A DNA stretch of 63,894 nt, filler included, from Octopus bimaculoides (Eukaryota), in the NCBI RefSeq assembly GCF_001194135.2. It is 6 parts of 6 records of this genome, joined end to end, with 100 filler letters (N's around TTAATTAATTAA, not from the genome) between each part and the next. Parts side by side here need not be neighbours in the genome. Positions count along the whole stretch, not along the records: positions 25,028 to 44,167 come from NC_068992.1; positions 44,268 to 50,490 come from NC_068986.1; positions 50,591 to 60,658 come from NC_068996.1; 3 more parts are not named here. The stretch is one strand, 5' to 3'. Position numbers and translations under genes: made by a program. Of this stretch, positions 40,190-53,720 are shown piece after piece. A model generated the notes under the pieces. That model was not told the origin of the DNA. It did no database searches and worked only from the letters and a program-made list of their open reading frames with translations. The stretch's first letter is position 1. Each line of letters opens with the position of its first letter.

Positions 40190-41718
40190 TAATCTGGCCA
40201 GTGATAGATTAGAGATGTTCCCGTAACGGTTATAGATACACACAATGATTCCGTAATATTACTACATAAAGTACCCCACGTGTTTGAAATTGGGTCGACA
40301 TTATATGATAAACACAAATTGAACGGATTTTCGTAAGACTGTCGTATCCTTAAACAACACAATTGTTAAAAAACAAAAACATATCATCTGTTTTACTACA
40401 TTAACAGCAACACGTTGTTCATCACCGCTAAAGACCAATGTCAACAGGTTTCAAAATACATCTCCGCACATCTTAGTCACCACAATCACTACATCAAAGA
40501 TTCTACATATGACAACAGCTACCACCTTCACTGCTTTCTCTATCACCCTTTTCACTATCACTGTCGCCGCCTCCTCCTCCTCCCTGTCATAATAATCATC
40601 ATCTTTCTCCTCTTCTTAATATTACTGTAACCACGAATAACACCAACATCACTACCTTCACTACACAAGCACACCCACCACCACCATATCTACTATAGTT
40701 ACTCCCGATTGTAATATTACGAATCGCTTTTTTCTGATGCTCTAATACTTCTAAAGTATTCTTGTTAATATATTGGATAGAAGTTCTTTGCTTTTTACAC
40801 AGCCCGGATTTGTACAACCATCTGATAATTGTCTACCTTTACCTTTTGGATTAGAACATTCCAAAAAACGTGTTTACGATTCCTATGGATGCTTAATGTA
40901 CTTCATTGAAACACTGTGACATTTTTTCCTCAAGATGTTAAACAGCTATCTAAAACTGTAGTCTCATTTCTTAACTCATTTCTTCCTTTTTTCTTCGAAC
41001 CGCACATCTCTCAGACCTGTCTGGAATCGATCTCGGCTCTTTATACAACACTCTCCGTTATATCTCACTCAATCAACAGTGTCTATTGATAGGCAACCTC
41101 CACCTCGCTCTTAATCCATGACTTCACTTAGATATCGAAATTACTGACTTCAAATTACATTGGTTTATGTATCCCAAGGTATTCCATAACTGCAGACGTG
41201 ACAAAATGATCATTGCTGCTGGAATGCATTTGGGTATAAATTTCTCCTATCAAGATGAACTTCACGATCATTGCAACAATCATTATTCATATTAGCCACA
41301 CAATTTATTCTAATTATCACCTCAAAAACAACCACAAAAACCACAAAATATAGGTTAACATAATTAGGGTTAGCAAACTGTCAAATAGTAAAATCTCATG
41401 TGTGTATGTAAATGGAGGGTAAGAAATTGATAGATAAATAAATAGAACTTATAATTTCGTTGATGTAGCATCTCCTGATAGTTTCAGTCATTGAACTGAA
41501 GCCATTCCAATACATTGCCTTCAACGATTTTCTGCAAGGAGACAGAGATCAGTACTAGTTATGTTGACTTCTTCAAAGTTAGTTAATATGTTTCGAAGTC
41601 TGAAATGTTCTGCAACTATGTAAACAGAAGTTAAAGTGAGTTACCCGAACGCTATATATCATTTTAAGAAAGGCTCCGCCAATTAAACAATAGGTGATAG
41701 TGTGTGAGTCCTATGTGT

Positions 41719-42394
41719 ATGTGTGTGTGGTTGTGTGTGAGTAAGGGTGTATGAATGCGATTCTTTCCATGATAATTCGATTTTCAAGCTACGAGTGTGC
41801 CAGGTATATATATATATAAGAGGTTATGAGCAATAGTGGTGTCAATGAGACCCAGAGGTGTCAGTTAATGCTGAGTGAGTGCTATGGATAGACCATAGTT
41901 AAGCTCCAGGTTCGGTGATTATACGAATAAGGGGTCCAACGTAGGTCATATATCAGTGTGTGAATATAAGGATTTACTTTTCCTAATGAGATAAAAAAAA
42001 CAAGGCTGTGTATAATATAGAACATTCATAAACAGAAGGTCTTACAGCTAAAAGACCATCTATTTATAAATGTTCTATATTATANNNNNNNNNNNNNNNN
42101 NNNNNNNNNNNNNNNNNNNNNNNNNNNNNNNNNNNNNNNNNNNNNNNNNNNNNNNNNNNNNNNNNNNNNNNNNNNNNNNNNNNNNNNNNNNNNNNNNNNN
42201 NNNNNNNNNNNNNNNNNNNNNNNNNNNNNNNNNNNNNNNNNNNNNNNNNNNNNNNNNNNNNNNNNNNNNNNNNNNNNNNNNNNNNTATATATATATATAT
42301 ATATATGCACAAGCACACTCGTAGCTTGAAAATCGATTTATCATGAAAAGAATTGCATTCATACACCCTTACTCACACACAACCACACACACAT
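41719..42394. repeat. 82-bp inverted repeat pair (41719-41800 / 42313-42394) carrying a hammerhead-like 3' half
   Basis: Arms differ at about 3 positions. The right arm and its immediate flank read AAGC ACACUCGUA GCUU GAA AAUCGAUU U AUCAUG; no CUGANGA was found. Confidence 0.75.
42011..42084. repeat. 74-nt near-perfect hairpin
   Basis: TATAATATAGAACATTCATAAACAGAAGGTCTT-loop-AAGACCATCTATTTATAAATGTTCTATATTATA with 3 mismatches. Confidence 0.8.
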
Positions 42395-43000
42395 GTTGCA
42401 ATGAGACCAGAGTTCCCATGGTTTTGTTTCTGAATGGAAGACTAAATCTAGCAGGCCTGTGATGAAGGGAGTTTTTTTTTATTGTCTAATTCAAAGGTTG
42501 TATAAGGAGTTAAAGCTGACATATCGTACATTCGAGAAACCGATAGAAGTCTCACTAGAGACAGAGAAATCGTTAATATTATAACAGATCCATTTGCTTC
42601 ACACATCATAAATTGAATAAACTTCTACAAGTTTAAGTAGACACGGAATTATAATATAAGATTCATGGGCATATTTTCAATAGCATTATATATCTTAAAA
42701 TGTCAGAAGCCGTACGAATAAGAGTTCTCCCTGTTTTGAACCAAATGCTCGTTAACACTTCAAGTGTGGCGTCTGTTAGACAAATCATGAGAAGACCGCT
42801 TTGAATACATAGAGAAATACACATACATTAATTGTGTGTTTGTCCGCGCCCGACGCACTATAGCGTATAGCATATGTAATATCATTTTCAAACTAGACAA
42901 CTGTAGAGATCCACGATGCTAGGGTCTATAACAGCTATACTGTTGACTTTAAGCGCTGCTACCGGGCTCATATGAATGTTTTCGAAAGGATCCTCTAGAG

Positions 43001-43200
43001 CAGTGTTCCTCAACGATTTCTTTTGCCGATGGACCGCTTTGATTACTGTTTTACGTGGATGAACACTCGTAACCATTCAATATTTAAAACCTCCTATTGT
43101 ATTTTTGTAATTAGACATTATTAATAATTCTAGAAAACTGTTAAAATATTTTCTATACTGTAGAATTATGACCAGTTCACTTCTTCTGTTCATTCCTATA
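43001..43200 (+). mobile_element. hAT/Charlie-like left-end fragment
   Basis: CAGTGTTCCTCAAC...GATGGACCGCTTTGATTACTG resembles CAGTGGTTCTCAAC-type TIRs. No adjacent partner end was identified. Confidence 0.35.
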
Positions 43201-44131
43201 ATTACTGACCTCTTCCTGCCTATCTCTACCTCGCCTCTTTTCTTGCTCTTCCGCTACCTTTCTAACTACATTCCGGACTTATTTACATCTTCCTTCTCCC
43301 TACATCTTCTCCTTCTGTTTCCTTTCCCCTTAACCATTTAAAGGTCTCACCTTACTATGTAAACTGCAATATTCAAATTCTTTGTCTTGATGAATCAAGA
43401 TGGTCTTATGGTAACTTAGTGATTTTTGCACACTCAATCTGCTAATTATGGATCTTACGATAATTCTGTAATTTCGAGTTTCCAGAAACAGCGATCCATT
43501 AAAAAAATCTATGCATTTTCCCCGTAGTATTTGCTATGTTTTTATTCTATGCAAATTTATTTGTCTCTATACATGCATGTATATATGTCTCTATGTATTC
43601 ATGTATGTATGAATATATGTATGTACAAATAAATAAAAAACGATGGATAAGTTTCACTTCATTATAGCTGTTTCCAACGAAATTATTTTATTAGATTTAT
43701 GAGTACATTACATCATTATTGGTACCCATCACATTTATTCGAAGAACAGGTGCTCTTTTACGAGTTAATTCGACCCAAAATGGTACCTCTTATTGAAGTA
43801 ATTGATTCATTCGAATCCTTAATATATATACAAATATATATACACATCAGAGTAGCATCAGCGCCAAGCGATTTTTCGCTATAAGCGAACTTAAGGTTAA
43901 TATATATTTGTGGCATATTTCAGCGTCTAAAGTCAAATTCATTGCAGTTACCGTGGAGAAAAGATTCTGTCTTGTGATAAAAAGGTGTCCAGTGTTGCAT
44001 TCTCTTGAATTCCCAGACACATTCCTAGCACGTTAGTCGTTATCAATTGGAAACACCGAAGAGATCAACTCTGAAGAGACTCAACCAAAATCTAACTAGA
44101 ACGCAGTGGACAATATCGACCTATTCTCGTC

Positions 44132-44167
<36 letters not shown>

Positions 44168-44267
44168 NNNNNNNNNNNNNNNNNNNNNNNNNNNNNNNNN
44201 NNNNNNNNNNNTTAATTAATTAANNNNNNNNNNNNNNNNNNNNNNNNNNNNNNNNNNNNNNNNNNNN

Positions 44268-44526
44268 TCTATGGCGTATGCGGTCCCCCCCTCCAGGTGG
44301 ACGGGACACCAGTCCATCGCAGCGTTACTCAAGAAACAGGAAGACAGAATGAGAGAAAGTTGGGGCGAAAGAGTACACCAGGGGTCGCCCCACCCCCTGC
44401 CGGAGCCTCGTGGAGCTTTAGGTGTTTCTGCTCAATGAAGACACACATCGCTTAGTCTGGGAATCGAAGCCGCGATCCTCCGACCGCGAGTCCGCTGCCC
44501 TAACCACTGGGCCATTGCGCCTCCAC
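44268..44526 (-). mobile_element. tRNA-derived SINE type D
   Basis: Minus strand TGGAGGCGCAATGGCCCAGTGGTTAGGGCAGCGGACTCG...TTCGATTCCCAG (A and B boxes), with tail CTGCGATGGACTGGTGTCCCGTCC. Confidence 0.85.
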
Positions 44527-44594
44527 AAAATGTACTATTACTGTCAGTAATCCTAAAATTTACGCACAAAAACATATACGCATGCACATATTAC

Positions 44595-44868
44595 CGGTAC
44601 CCCGTCGGTTACGACGATGAGGGTTCCAGTTGATCCGATCATCGGAACAGCCTGCTCGTGAAATTAACGTTCAAGTGGCTCAGCACTCCACAGACATGTG
44701 TACCCTTAATGTAGTTCTCAAAGAGATTCAGCGTGACAGTATGGCAAGGCTGGTCATTTGAAGTACAGGTACTAATCATTTTCGCCAGCTGAGTGGACTG
44801 GAACAATGTGAAATAAAGTGTTTTGCTCAAGGACACAAAACGTCGCCGAAACCCAAACCACTTGGTCA
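44595..44868 (-). mobile_element. SINE type C (head eroded)
   Basis: Reverse complement of the 13680-13920 body and tail. Confidence 0.8.
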
Positions 44869-45071
44869 CATATGGAATACATTTGATCATAGGTTGCTTA
44901 ATGAGGACTTACCGGTGTTACCAGACACCAATGACAACAGTCTAATAATAATTCTGGTTGTTCCTCCGTTACTTAGCCCATCTGTAACGCTTACACATGA
45001 TTAGTTGAAGGGAAAGGCAGAGAGGGAGAAAAAAAGGAGAGAGAAAAAGAAGGAAACAGAAAAAGAAGGAA

Positions 45072-46345
45072 ATAAAGCAACTTATTAATCAACTAATTAA
45101 TGAAGCCACCAACTAATTAATTAACTAAATAATTAAGCAAGTAACTAATTCATTGACTAATTAATTAACTATTAATGAAGTAGGCCTCTAATAAATTAAC
45201 TAATTAATTAGGCAAGAACCGTATTAACTAATTAATTAAGCAAGCATCCTATTTCCTAACTAAGCAATTAATTAATTAATTAAGAAATCAAGCAGCTAAT
45301 TAAATAATTAATTAACAAGCATGCAAATAATTAATTAATTAATTAGTTAATTAATTAATTAGTTGCTTGTTCAATTAAGCAGTTAATTAATCAATTGCTT
45401 GCTTTCTTAATCAATTAGTTAATTAGTGCTTTCTTAATTATTTAACTAACTAGTAGTTTGCTTAATTAATTTATTGTCTACATAATCAATAGGTTAATTA
45501 ATCATTAATTAATTGCTTGCTTAATTAATTAATTAACTAATTGCTTATTTAATTGGTTAATTACTTGCGTTATTAATTAGTTAAATAATTAGTTGCTTGC
45601 TTAATTGATAGGTTAATTAATTCTTTAATTGGTTGCTTGCTGAATTGATTTGTTATTAATTAGTTAATTAGTTACATGCTTAATTAATTAGTTAATTAGT
45701 TGCTTACTTAATTAGTAAATTACTAGCTTAATTAATTAGTTAATTAATTAGTTACTTGCTTAATAGGTTAATATATTCGCTAATTAGTTATTTCCTTAAT
45801 GAAGTAGTTAATTTGTTGGCTTGCTTAATTATTTAAGCAATTAGTTGCTTGCTTGCTTAATTAGTTAGTTATCAATTGTTTGTTTGCTTAGTTAATTCGT
45901 TGCTTGCTTAATGAATTAGTTATTTAGTTACTTGCTTGCTTAATTAACTAGTTAATTAATCTGTTGCTTGCTTAATGAATTAGTTGATTAAATAGTTGAT
46001 TGCTTGCTTAATGAATTAGTTATTTAATTAGTTTCTTACTAAATTAATTAGTTCATTAATTACTTGCTTGCTTAATTAGTTCATTAATTAGTTGCTTGCT
46101 TGATTAATTAATTAATTAATTCGTTGCATGCTTAATTATTTAGTTAATTAATTGCTTGCTTAATGAATTAGTTAATTAATTCAGAAGCAATTTGTTAATT
46201 AGTTGCTTAATTAGTCAATTAAGTAGTTGCTTGCTTAATTAGTTAGTTAATGAATTAATTGCTTACCTTCTTAATTAGTTAATTAATAAGTTGCTTGCTT
46301 ATTTAATTAGTTACTTAATTAGTTGCTTTTTTGCTTAATTAGTTA
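45072..46345. repeat. AT-rich cryptic satellite of TTAA/TTAG/TTGC units with internal polarity switch
   Basis: AAGCAAG...AATTAA units up to ~45325, then TTAATTAGTTGCTTGC units to 46345. Confidence 0.9.
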
Positions 46346-46399
46346 ATGCGATACAATTGCAAATAGATATGGTGCAAGCGTATCTCCTTGTAGCATCCC

Positions 46400-46535
46400 A
46401 GCTGGTATATGAAAGAATTCAGATTGCCAAGAATTGACTGAAAGAGGGAGAAGCTGCTGGCCCTGATGAAATTCCCCCTGAAATTATCAAGAGGTGCAAT
46501 CTGAATGAAATAATACTGGATTTGCAAATAAGCTC
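46400..46535 (+). mobile_element. RTE-like LINE RT N-terminal fragment
   Basis: LKEGEAAGPDEIPPEIIKRCNLNEIILD matches the KAxGPDGIPxExxK motif. Confidence 0.7.
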
Positions 46536-46559
46536 ACAAAACCAATAATATTTAATATT

Positions 46560-46753
46560 TCGTTCTTATTTGATAAATTTTACGAATGATACTTCTGTTA
46601 AAGTTTTTAATTTTTCCAAAAATGACCTGTTTCTATAATTAACACTATTTCAAAATTGCAATACTTTTTTTTCACTAATGTCTAGGGGGCCTCAGAAAAA
46701 TTGAAAATTCCTAGGAGTGGGGAGCATGAGCTAAAAATGATTGGGAACCACTG
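46560..46753 (+). mobile_element. hAT/Charlie-like right-end fragment
   Basis: Ends in AAAATGATTGGGAACCACTG. Confidence 0.4.
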
Positions 46754-47092
46754 GAATAAGGCATCATTGGATAGGAATGAAATTATAAGAGAAGGGATGT
46801 GTAGAAAGAAAGGAAAAGAAAACGTGTGAAGTATTTTGAAACGGTGAATGTAGATTAGTTATTTATCACAATCTTTTATTGTGAACTCAGATGTAACGAT
46901 TTTAATTTTCAAGCACGTGGTCGAAACAGTATCACAAAATCTTAGCCGAGGAGGTTAAAGTACGTTGCGAGAAATAAGTTTTAGGCTAAAGAGAATTTAA
47001 GTGTGTATTTTATCAAATTGATCGTGTTAATTCGCATCACCTTTAAGTGCAAGTGCACGCATGTGTTTGCCTATAAGTCTGTCTGCCTGCTC

Positions 47093-47123
<31 letters not shown>

Positions 47124-50100
47124 TGTCTGTCTTTCTGTCTGTATGTATATATGTATGTAGAGATCATCAGTTATATTCGTAGTTTCTTTCTTCTCTGTAT
47201 GGTTGTTGTTGCTTGCTCTCGGTCAACATATTTGAAAGAAATTTGCTGTTTTGATTTAACCCTAGCTAAGCCCTGCACAAGCAAACTTATAATCAAAGGC
47301 ATTTCAATCGAGACCATCCGCTGTTTTAGGGGTATGAAGGCTTACAATTAGCCAGAATTTCTTCTTTCTCAAGAAGGATGTTATAACTAAGAGGTTTGGC
47401 TAATACTTGTAACAGTTCGAACAACCGCGTAGGGGCTCCCTCGTTGTGTTACCTTCTCTCGGTTATAGACAAGCGTTCTCCTACATACCTGACATCTCTG
47501 TTTCATAAATCAGGATCCCCTATGTTTTATTTACAGAACTACTTCCCAATGCTTTCATACAAGCGACTTCTCCCTCAAGCAAAAAAAAAAAAAAAGGGCG
47601 ATTGGCGAATATATAGGAGCTGTAAATTTGTTTCCCATTTGTCGAAAAAATGGGGTCACATTGTGATTGCTCTCACTGGAGCGCAGGAGTTAAAAAGAGA
47701 GGGGATGAACGGTCAAGGTTTGCCGCAGAAGAAAACCACATTCGAAGAAAACACAGTATAATGACAATATTAGCAGACAGTGCTGTCAAATACAGTCGCT
47801 ACAAGCGGGGCTGATACTCCTGTATGGGTCTCTGCAGCTACATCAGACGCTGATCTATCAACACGCCTGAAGTAAATCTTTCTAGGTGCAGATTGATCCC
47901 TGGTTTCTCGAGACTGATGAATGCCACAAATAGCATACGGTTAGGAAGGTGATATCCTATCAAATAAAAGATATTTTCTCGTGTTTGTGGTAGGTGGCTT
48001 GAAAAGTATGTAATGCAATTCTGGCTTGACTGCTTGCTAGAAATTGCATTTCAGTCTCCCCAAAATTACATCCTACTGCTTTAAAAGAAGTTCACATTGA
48101 GTGATGTAGTGTTTGAAAGAAGTTGAGATGGTTATGCCTTGAATACCTTTGATCGGGGATCTGCTCTGTGAGTGCAGATCTAGGGTTAAACAATAATCTC
48201 TCAATTTTGATGAGCGCTTCAGAAACGTGGATTTGACTCAGATTGTAATAATACACAGCATTTGCACAAGAAGTCACTTTATGCAGCAGACCACTTTTAT
48301 AAGGAAAAGAGAACAACGAAGTGGTTCAACAGTTATATTTTAAAAGGTATTTAACATATGAAGCCCGTAGAGACGAAAGATAAAGCTGGGCTTAGTAAAC
48401 GCAAAACAGCAGAGTACAACGTTTTTATCTCACATTACCTAGGTTGTAACTCAATCGGTTTAGATAAGCTATAGCCTGTCGTCCATCGTTTGGTACAAAT
48501 GAAATATGTATACATACTTTACAATTTGTTTAATTTCTGGGTTAACTTACTAAAAAATAATGTTAATGATTCAGATTTATTTCTGAAGTTAGTTGAGATT
48601 ATTATGATGTCAGTACCTTAAATAAGTTTGATATTACCTTGTTTGGGACAGCTCTGTTTGTAGGACAGAAAGCCGCGTGTTTAAATTAAAACACTTTAAA
48701 CTTGGATCATAACTTTATATAAGAAACTTTGTTCCAATCACCATCTTAGTTATCAAAAAGCTAGATAATTTACTAAAGTTCTGAAAATTCTTGATTGTTT
48801 TCCAAATAAACGAAACGCATACGCTATGCATTGCATTTGAAATATGTTCACGACAGGTGCAGTAAATTGAATAATGCAGAGAATCAAAAATAAGGTGCCC
48901 CCCCGCCACCTATTCACTGACAATTAGCCTTTGTTCTATTATGTCACAGTAACTAGGAATAATCTGGTATGGAAATGGTAAAGGTAATGTCTAAGGGGAA
49001 GATGTAATGTACATTTTGTTTTGAGTTTTCAATCAAGTTTAGAATGGCATCATAATGATATCTCTGTGATACACCAATACATATTGGAAAGCACAAAGAA
49101 TTAAATAACTTATGGAAGGATAATACGGAAGATATATTTACTGTCTTTCAGTGATACATTGTGGGTTTCTGATGTCTGGTAGAAGGCAGAAGTGAATTAT
49201 TGTGTTGGATAATTTAAACCTTTCCTTGTGGCAAAATTCGTTCGTGTACCATACTTAAAAACAGATAGTTCAGTTAAAGCAAGTCGCTTATTAATTTCTT
49301 GCATTGGTACTAGTCTATGATTACTTACTACCAATAATCTTAATTTCTAACATGGTCACAAGATCACAGATTTGTGGTGAATGATATAGTTAATTAATTC
49401 AGTATTTCACTGGTATTCCTGTCAGTGGGATTTCAAATCTGAGCGTAAAGAGATGCAACATTACTAACGAACAATATAACAACATAGTTAAACCTTCTGC
49501 CAGTAACAACACATTTCTCCGTACATTTTGATTATTTTCTTTCTTCTGTTTAAAAAGGGGTATTTTTCATGGACTATTATAGAATAATTAAACGACGCGT
49601 GTAAAGTAATACAACCTCTTTTCTCTTTGCTTCCATTTATCACCTTACATATTTTACCTAATTTCTCATCTGCTTTGCTTAAAGGTTATTTTCCACACGT
49701 TTATATCATCTACACAGGTTGAAACGCTTCAAGTAAATTACAATATTCTGATAATATTAATTTCTTAATCTGAGTGGGGAAGAGCTTCGGCGTGATAGCT
49801 GAATCTACAAGAAACAACAGTCAAATCCACCCAACATCCCTCCACGTTAACATTAAAAAAAAACATTGCGTACATGGGCTCAAGTAATCCCATTGACCAT
49901 TTTCACATCAGCCATCACAAGAAAACCAGTCACCAGCACCAGGTGACTTTTGTAAGAAAAATAAGTAAACTTCCAGAAGTGATATCATGAAGGCTAAATT
50001 TAATTTATTTACTTGAATTTCTCATTCATTCTCTTACACCATGACTAAATCGTCTTAAAAACGATTGAAACCAGTAGCATATTTTGTTGAAAGCGTAAAT

Positions 50101-50590
50101 ATTTTCTTTACTCTATTTATGATAAAGTCTGAAAGCGTTTTCTATTTCGATATAAATTTTCTCGTGTGAAACTTCTCAATCTTATCAACATTCATACATA
50201 CATACATGCATGCATGCATACATACATACATGCATACATACACACATACATACTTATTTGTACATACATATATATTTACATATGTATATTTTTACACACG
50301 TACATAAAAGTTACGAAAAATGTAACACAGAGACGAGGAAAAATTGTAATTGAACATAAAGTTGATATTACTTTGATGCTTAGGGAATGTGGAAGAAAAG
50401 AAGGAAATGTCTTTAACGGTTTGAATATTCACTTTTCTTCCGAAATATAGGATAGACACGAAAAGAAAAGAACAGAAGAAACTTGTCGAANNNNNNNNNN
50501 NNNNNNNNNNNNNNNNNNNNNNNNNNNNNNNNNNTTAATTAATTAANNNNNNNNNNNNNNNNNNNNNNNNNNNNNNNNNNNNNNNNNNNN

Positions 50591-50664
<74 letters not shown>

Positions 50665-51151
50665 CGTGCGTGTGTGTATACACACATAGAAATACATAGA
50701 GAGACGACAGACATACAGATATACATACACACACATACTTATACACATATTTACATTGTCTTCGCATTACGTGGTCTGTGAATTGGATGAATGAAACTGG
50801 TGCAGCTTGGTCATACAGTGTTGTTTGCTCAGTGACAATAATAGTTGACTAATGCGCAAAATATTATCTATGGAACCAGTGTGCGAGGTGGTGCAGTGAA
50901 GTACTGGCGGCGCAGCGTGAGACAGACAGCAGCAGAATGTAAATTGTGTGTATGCGTACGTGTGTGTGAGTGCGTATATGCTGTTGATTGTGTCACGTTG
51001 ATTCCATATGACAACTATGTTTACCCTACATGCGCTTGTGGAATACTCGGCTAGCTACACGCAAATTTGATAAGCTGGTAGTTGATCAAATAACTGAATG
51101 TTCACCACCGACACTGGCTGAGATCAATTTACCTTCGCTCCTACCTTACAG

Positions 51152-51293
51152 GAGAAGGTGAAGGTGAGAGTTTGGTACGAGGATCACGGAGTAGAATTGG
51201 GTACGAATGCCCCTTATTCAGAACTGAAGACAGCGAGTTAAACGAATAATTGTGCTAGTGTTGGCATGTTTAATGCAGTGAGCTTTAAAAAGG
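51152..51293 (+). other. Candidate exon (5' UTR plus start MFNAVSFKK)
   Basis: Acceptor TTCGCTCCTACCTTACAG and donor AAGG/GTAAGC. No homology recognised. Confidence 0.25.
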
Positions 51294-51311
51294 GTAAGCG
51301 AGAAATAATTA

Positions 51312-51468
51312 CCGTATTTACTTGTGTATAAGTCGCCACCCCCTAATTTTGTGTTGAATTTTGATACAATTTTTCTCTCTACACAGTTCTAACTTTACCT
51401 TTTGTATAAGTCGTTCTCCACTAAAAAAATAAAATAAAATAGTGCCACATATACATGACTAAATTCGA
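51312..51468. mobile_element. Tc1/pogo-type MITE
   Basis: TA-CCGTATTTACTTGTGTATAAGTCG ... CCACATATACATGACTAAATTCGA-TA: imperfect 24-bp TIRs with TA flanks. Confidence 0.55.
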
Positions 51469-52639
51469 TATGTGACAAGAAAAAAAATAGCAAAAGTGAT
51501 ATTAGTTAATGACTAGTAACCGTTTTAATCATTTCAGCAAGTACGGGAGAGAAGTTTAGACATATTTCGGTCTTATTAAGATCTTATCAACAAGACAGAT
51601 TTCATCATATTTGTGGACATGGTATTGGAAGAATTACTAAGAACGTATTACGGAAGGATGTGTAATGTAAGTCACAAGACTAAAGTTTGTTTAAGTGTTA
51701 ATCAAACTGCATTCACCTAGAACTCCACAGATATTTATCAATCAATACTGGAAAGATTAAAAGTAAATGCAATCTTTCAGAAGGTGATCAACAAAGAAAA
51801 GAGAAAAATGTGTTAAAATTGGCACAATGAACCATTGTCTACAATTTCTCTTTTATATAACATCATTTATTTTATTTTTCTAAACATCAGTAACACTGAG
51901 TTTTATTTATATCAAGGTATTTCGGTTGAGCACATTGCTATATCTATAAATCTAAAATGAATTATCAAGAAGATATCAAATGTTCAGGTTATGGTGGGAA
52001 GGGTTGTTGTTAAAAAAAAAAAAAGAGTAAAAGCACTTTGTGATTTTTTTTTTCAGGTTAGTAAATCATATCAGGTGACTATAAAAAAAAATTTCCATTT
52101 AGGAAATGCATTTAATGTCTATAGATAAAGATGAGTCTATATATGGCAGTATTTATACTCATTACTATGAAAATGTCAAGGCATTCAAGGAACATTAAAA
52201 GATTTCAGTTAAAAACAGTGAATTTGGGTGAGTAAATGTACAAAATTGTACTATACTAGCTGGTATAGAGTAATTGAATTATTTAGAGAATAAATTAGTA
52301 CGGTCATGCCATCGGTACGGATGAAATAGCTTCTATATGCTCGATCAACGAAGTAAAAACAGCAGCGAATTTTCTCCATAGATGATATAGTCATACATAA
52401 AATTCTCCAGAGGAAGACCACAAAACAGTAAAACCTGGGACATCATCTTTGATGATTATTATGTCTAGTGAAAATGCGTTGTCGTACTTGTTCTGGCTCT
52501 TTATGTTCTGAGTGCAATGTCACTGAGATCAACTTTGTCTTTTAATCTCATTGTGTAAGTAAAACAGAGACCGAGGGCGAGCATTTGGAAAGTGGAATGT
52601 CTTCAAGCGCTCACAGCCCTCAGCCAATCGGACAGTGCA

Positions 52640-53720
52640 ATGGGTAGAACGTTCACTTTAGCCTTTTATAGAGGATTAGTGGAGGAAAAGTGCGACGACG
52701 TTCTTGGGGAGACCTTGGGCGTCGAAGAAGATCAACTAGCCGCTCTTTTCCGGTGAACTTTCGACCTGGGACCGATGGATAATTCCCCAAAATCTCTGGC
52801 TTGGCAGTGCTACCAGGGAGCTTTGCTTGTTCGAGATNNNNNNNNNNNNNNNNNNNNNNNNNNNNNNNNNNNNNNNNNNNNNNNNNNNNNNNNNNNNNNN
52901 NNNNNNNNNNNNNNNNNNNNNNNNNNNNNNNNNNNNNNNNNNNNNNNNNNNNNNNNNNNNNNNNNNNNNNNNNNNNNNNNNNNNNNNNNNNNNNNNNNNN
53001 NNNNNNNNNNNNNNNNNNNNNNNNNNNNNNNNNNNNNNNNNNNNNNNNNNNNNNNNNNNNNNNNNNNNNNNNNNNNNNNNNNNNNNNNNNNNNNNNNNNN
53101 NNNNNNNNNNNNNNNNNNNNNNNNNNNNNNNNNNNNNNNNNNNNNNNNNNNNNNNNNNNNNNNNNNNNNNNNNNNNNNNNNNNNNNNNNNNNNNNNNNNN
53201 NNNNNNNNNNNNNNNNNNNNNNNNNNNNNNNNNNNNNNNNNNNNNNNNNNNNNNNNNNNNNNNNNNNNNNNNNNNNNNNNNNNNNNNNNNNNNNNNNNNN
53301 NNNNNNNNNNNNNNNNNNNNNNNNNNNNNNNNNNNNNNNNNNNNNNNNNNNNNNNNNNNNNNNNNNNNNNNNNNNNNNNNNNNNNNNNNNNNNNNNNNNN
53401 NNNNNNNNNNNNNNNNNNNNNNNNNNNNNNNNNNNNNNNNNNNNNNNNNNNNNNNNNNNNNNNNNNNNNNNNNNNNNNNNNNNNNNNNNNNNNNNNNNNN
53501 NNNNNNNNNNNNNNNNNNNNNNNNNNNNNNNNNNNNNNNNNNNNNNNNNNNNNNNNNNNNNNNNNNNNNNNNNNNNNNNNNNNNNNNNNNNNNNNNNNNN
53601 NNNNNNNNNNNNNNNNNNNNNNNNNNNNNNNNNNNNNNNNNNNNNGAGTACCCATGGTTTTTTACGGGGTTTTTCTATGAGCAGCCCCCGAACGTCTCCT
53701 CCCTATTGAGAATTACACAT
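52640..53720 (+). mobile_element. Second L1/Tx1 3' fragment (mostly in gap)
   Basis: EEKCDDVLGETLGVEEDQLAALFR..GPMDNSPKSLAWQCYQGALLVRD is homologous to 5100-5260. Extent beyond the gap is uncertain. Confidence 0.7.

Noticed and set aside
40700-41000. Possible ancient LINE RT remnant on the minus strand
   Set aside because: Only vague motif resemblance by eye.
46460-46495. CTGATGA...GAAA at the RTE fragment
   Set aside because: It is coding sequence (GPDEIPPEI) with no stems.
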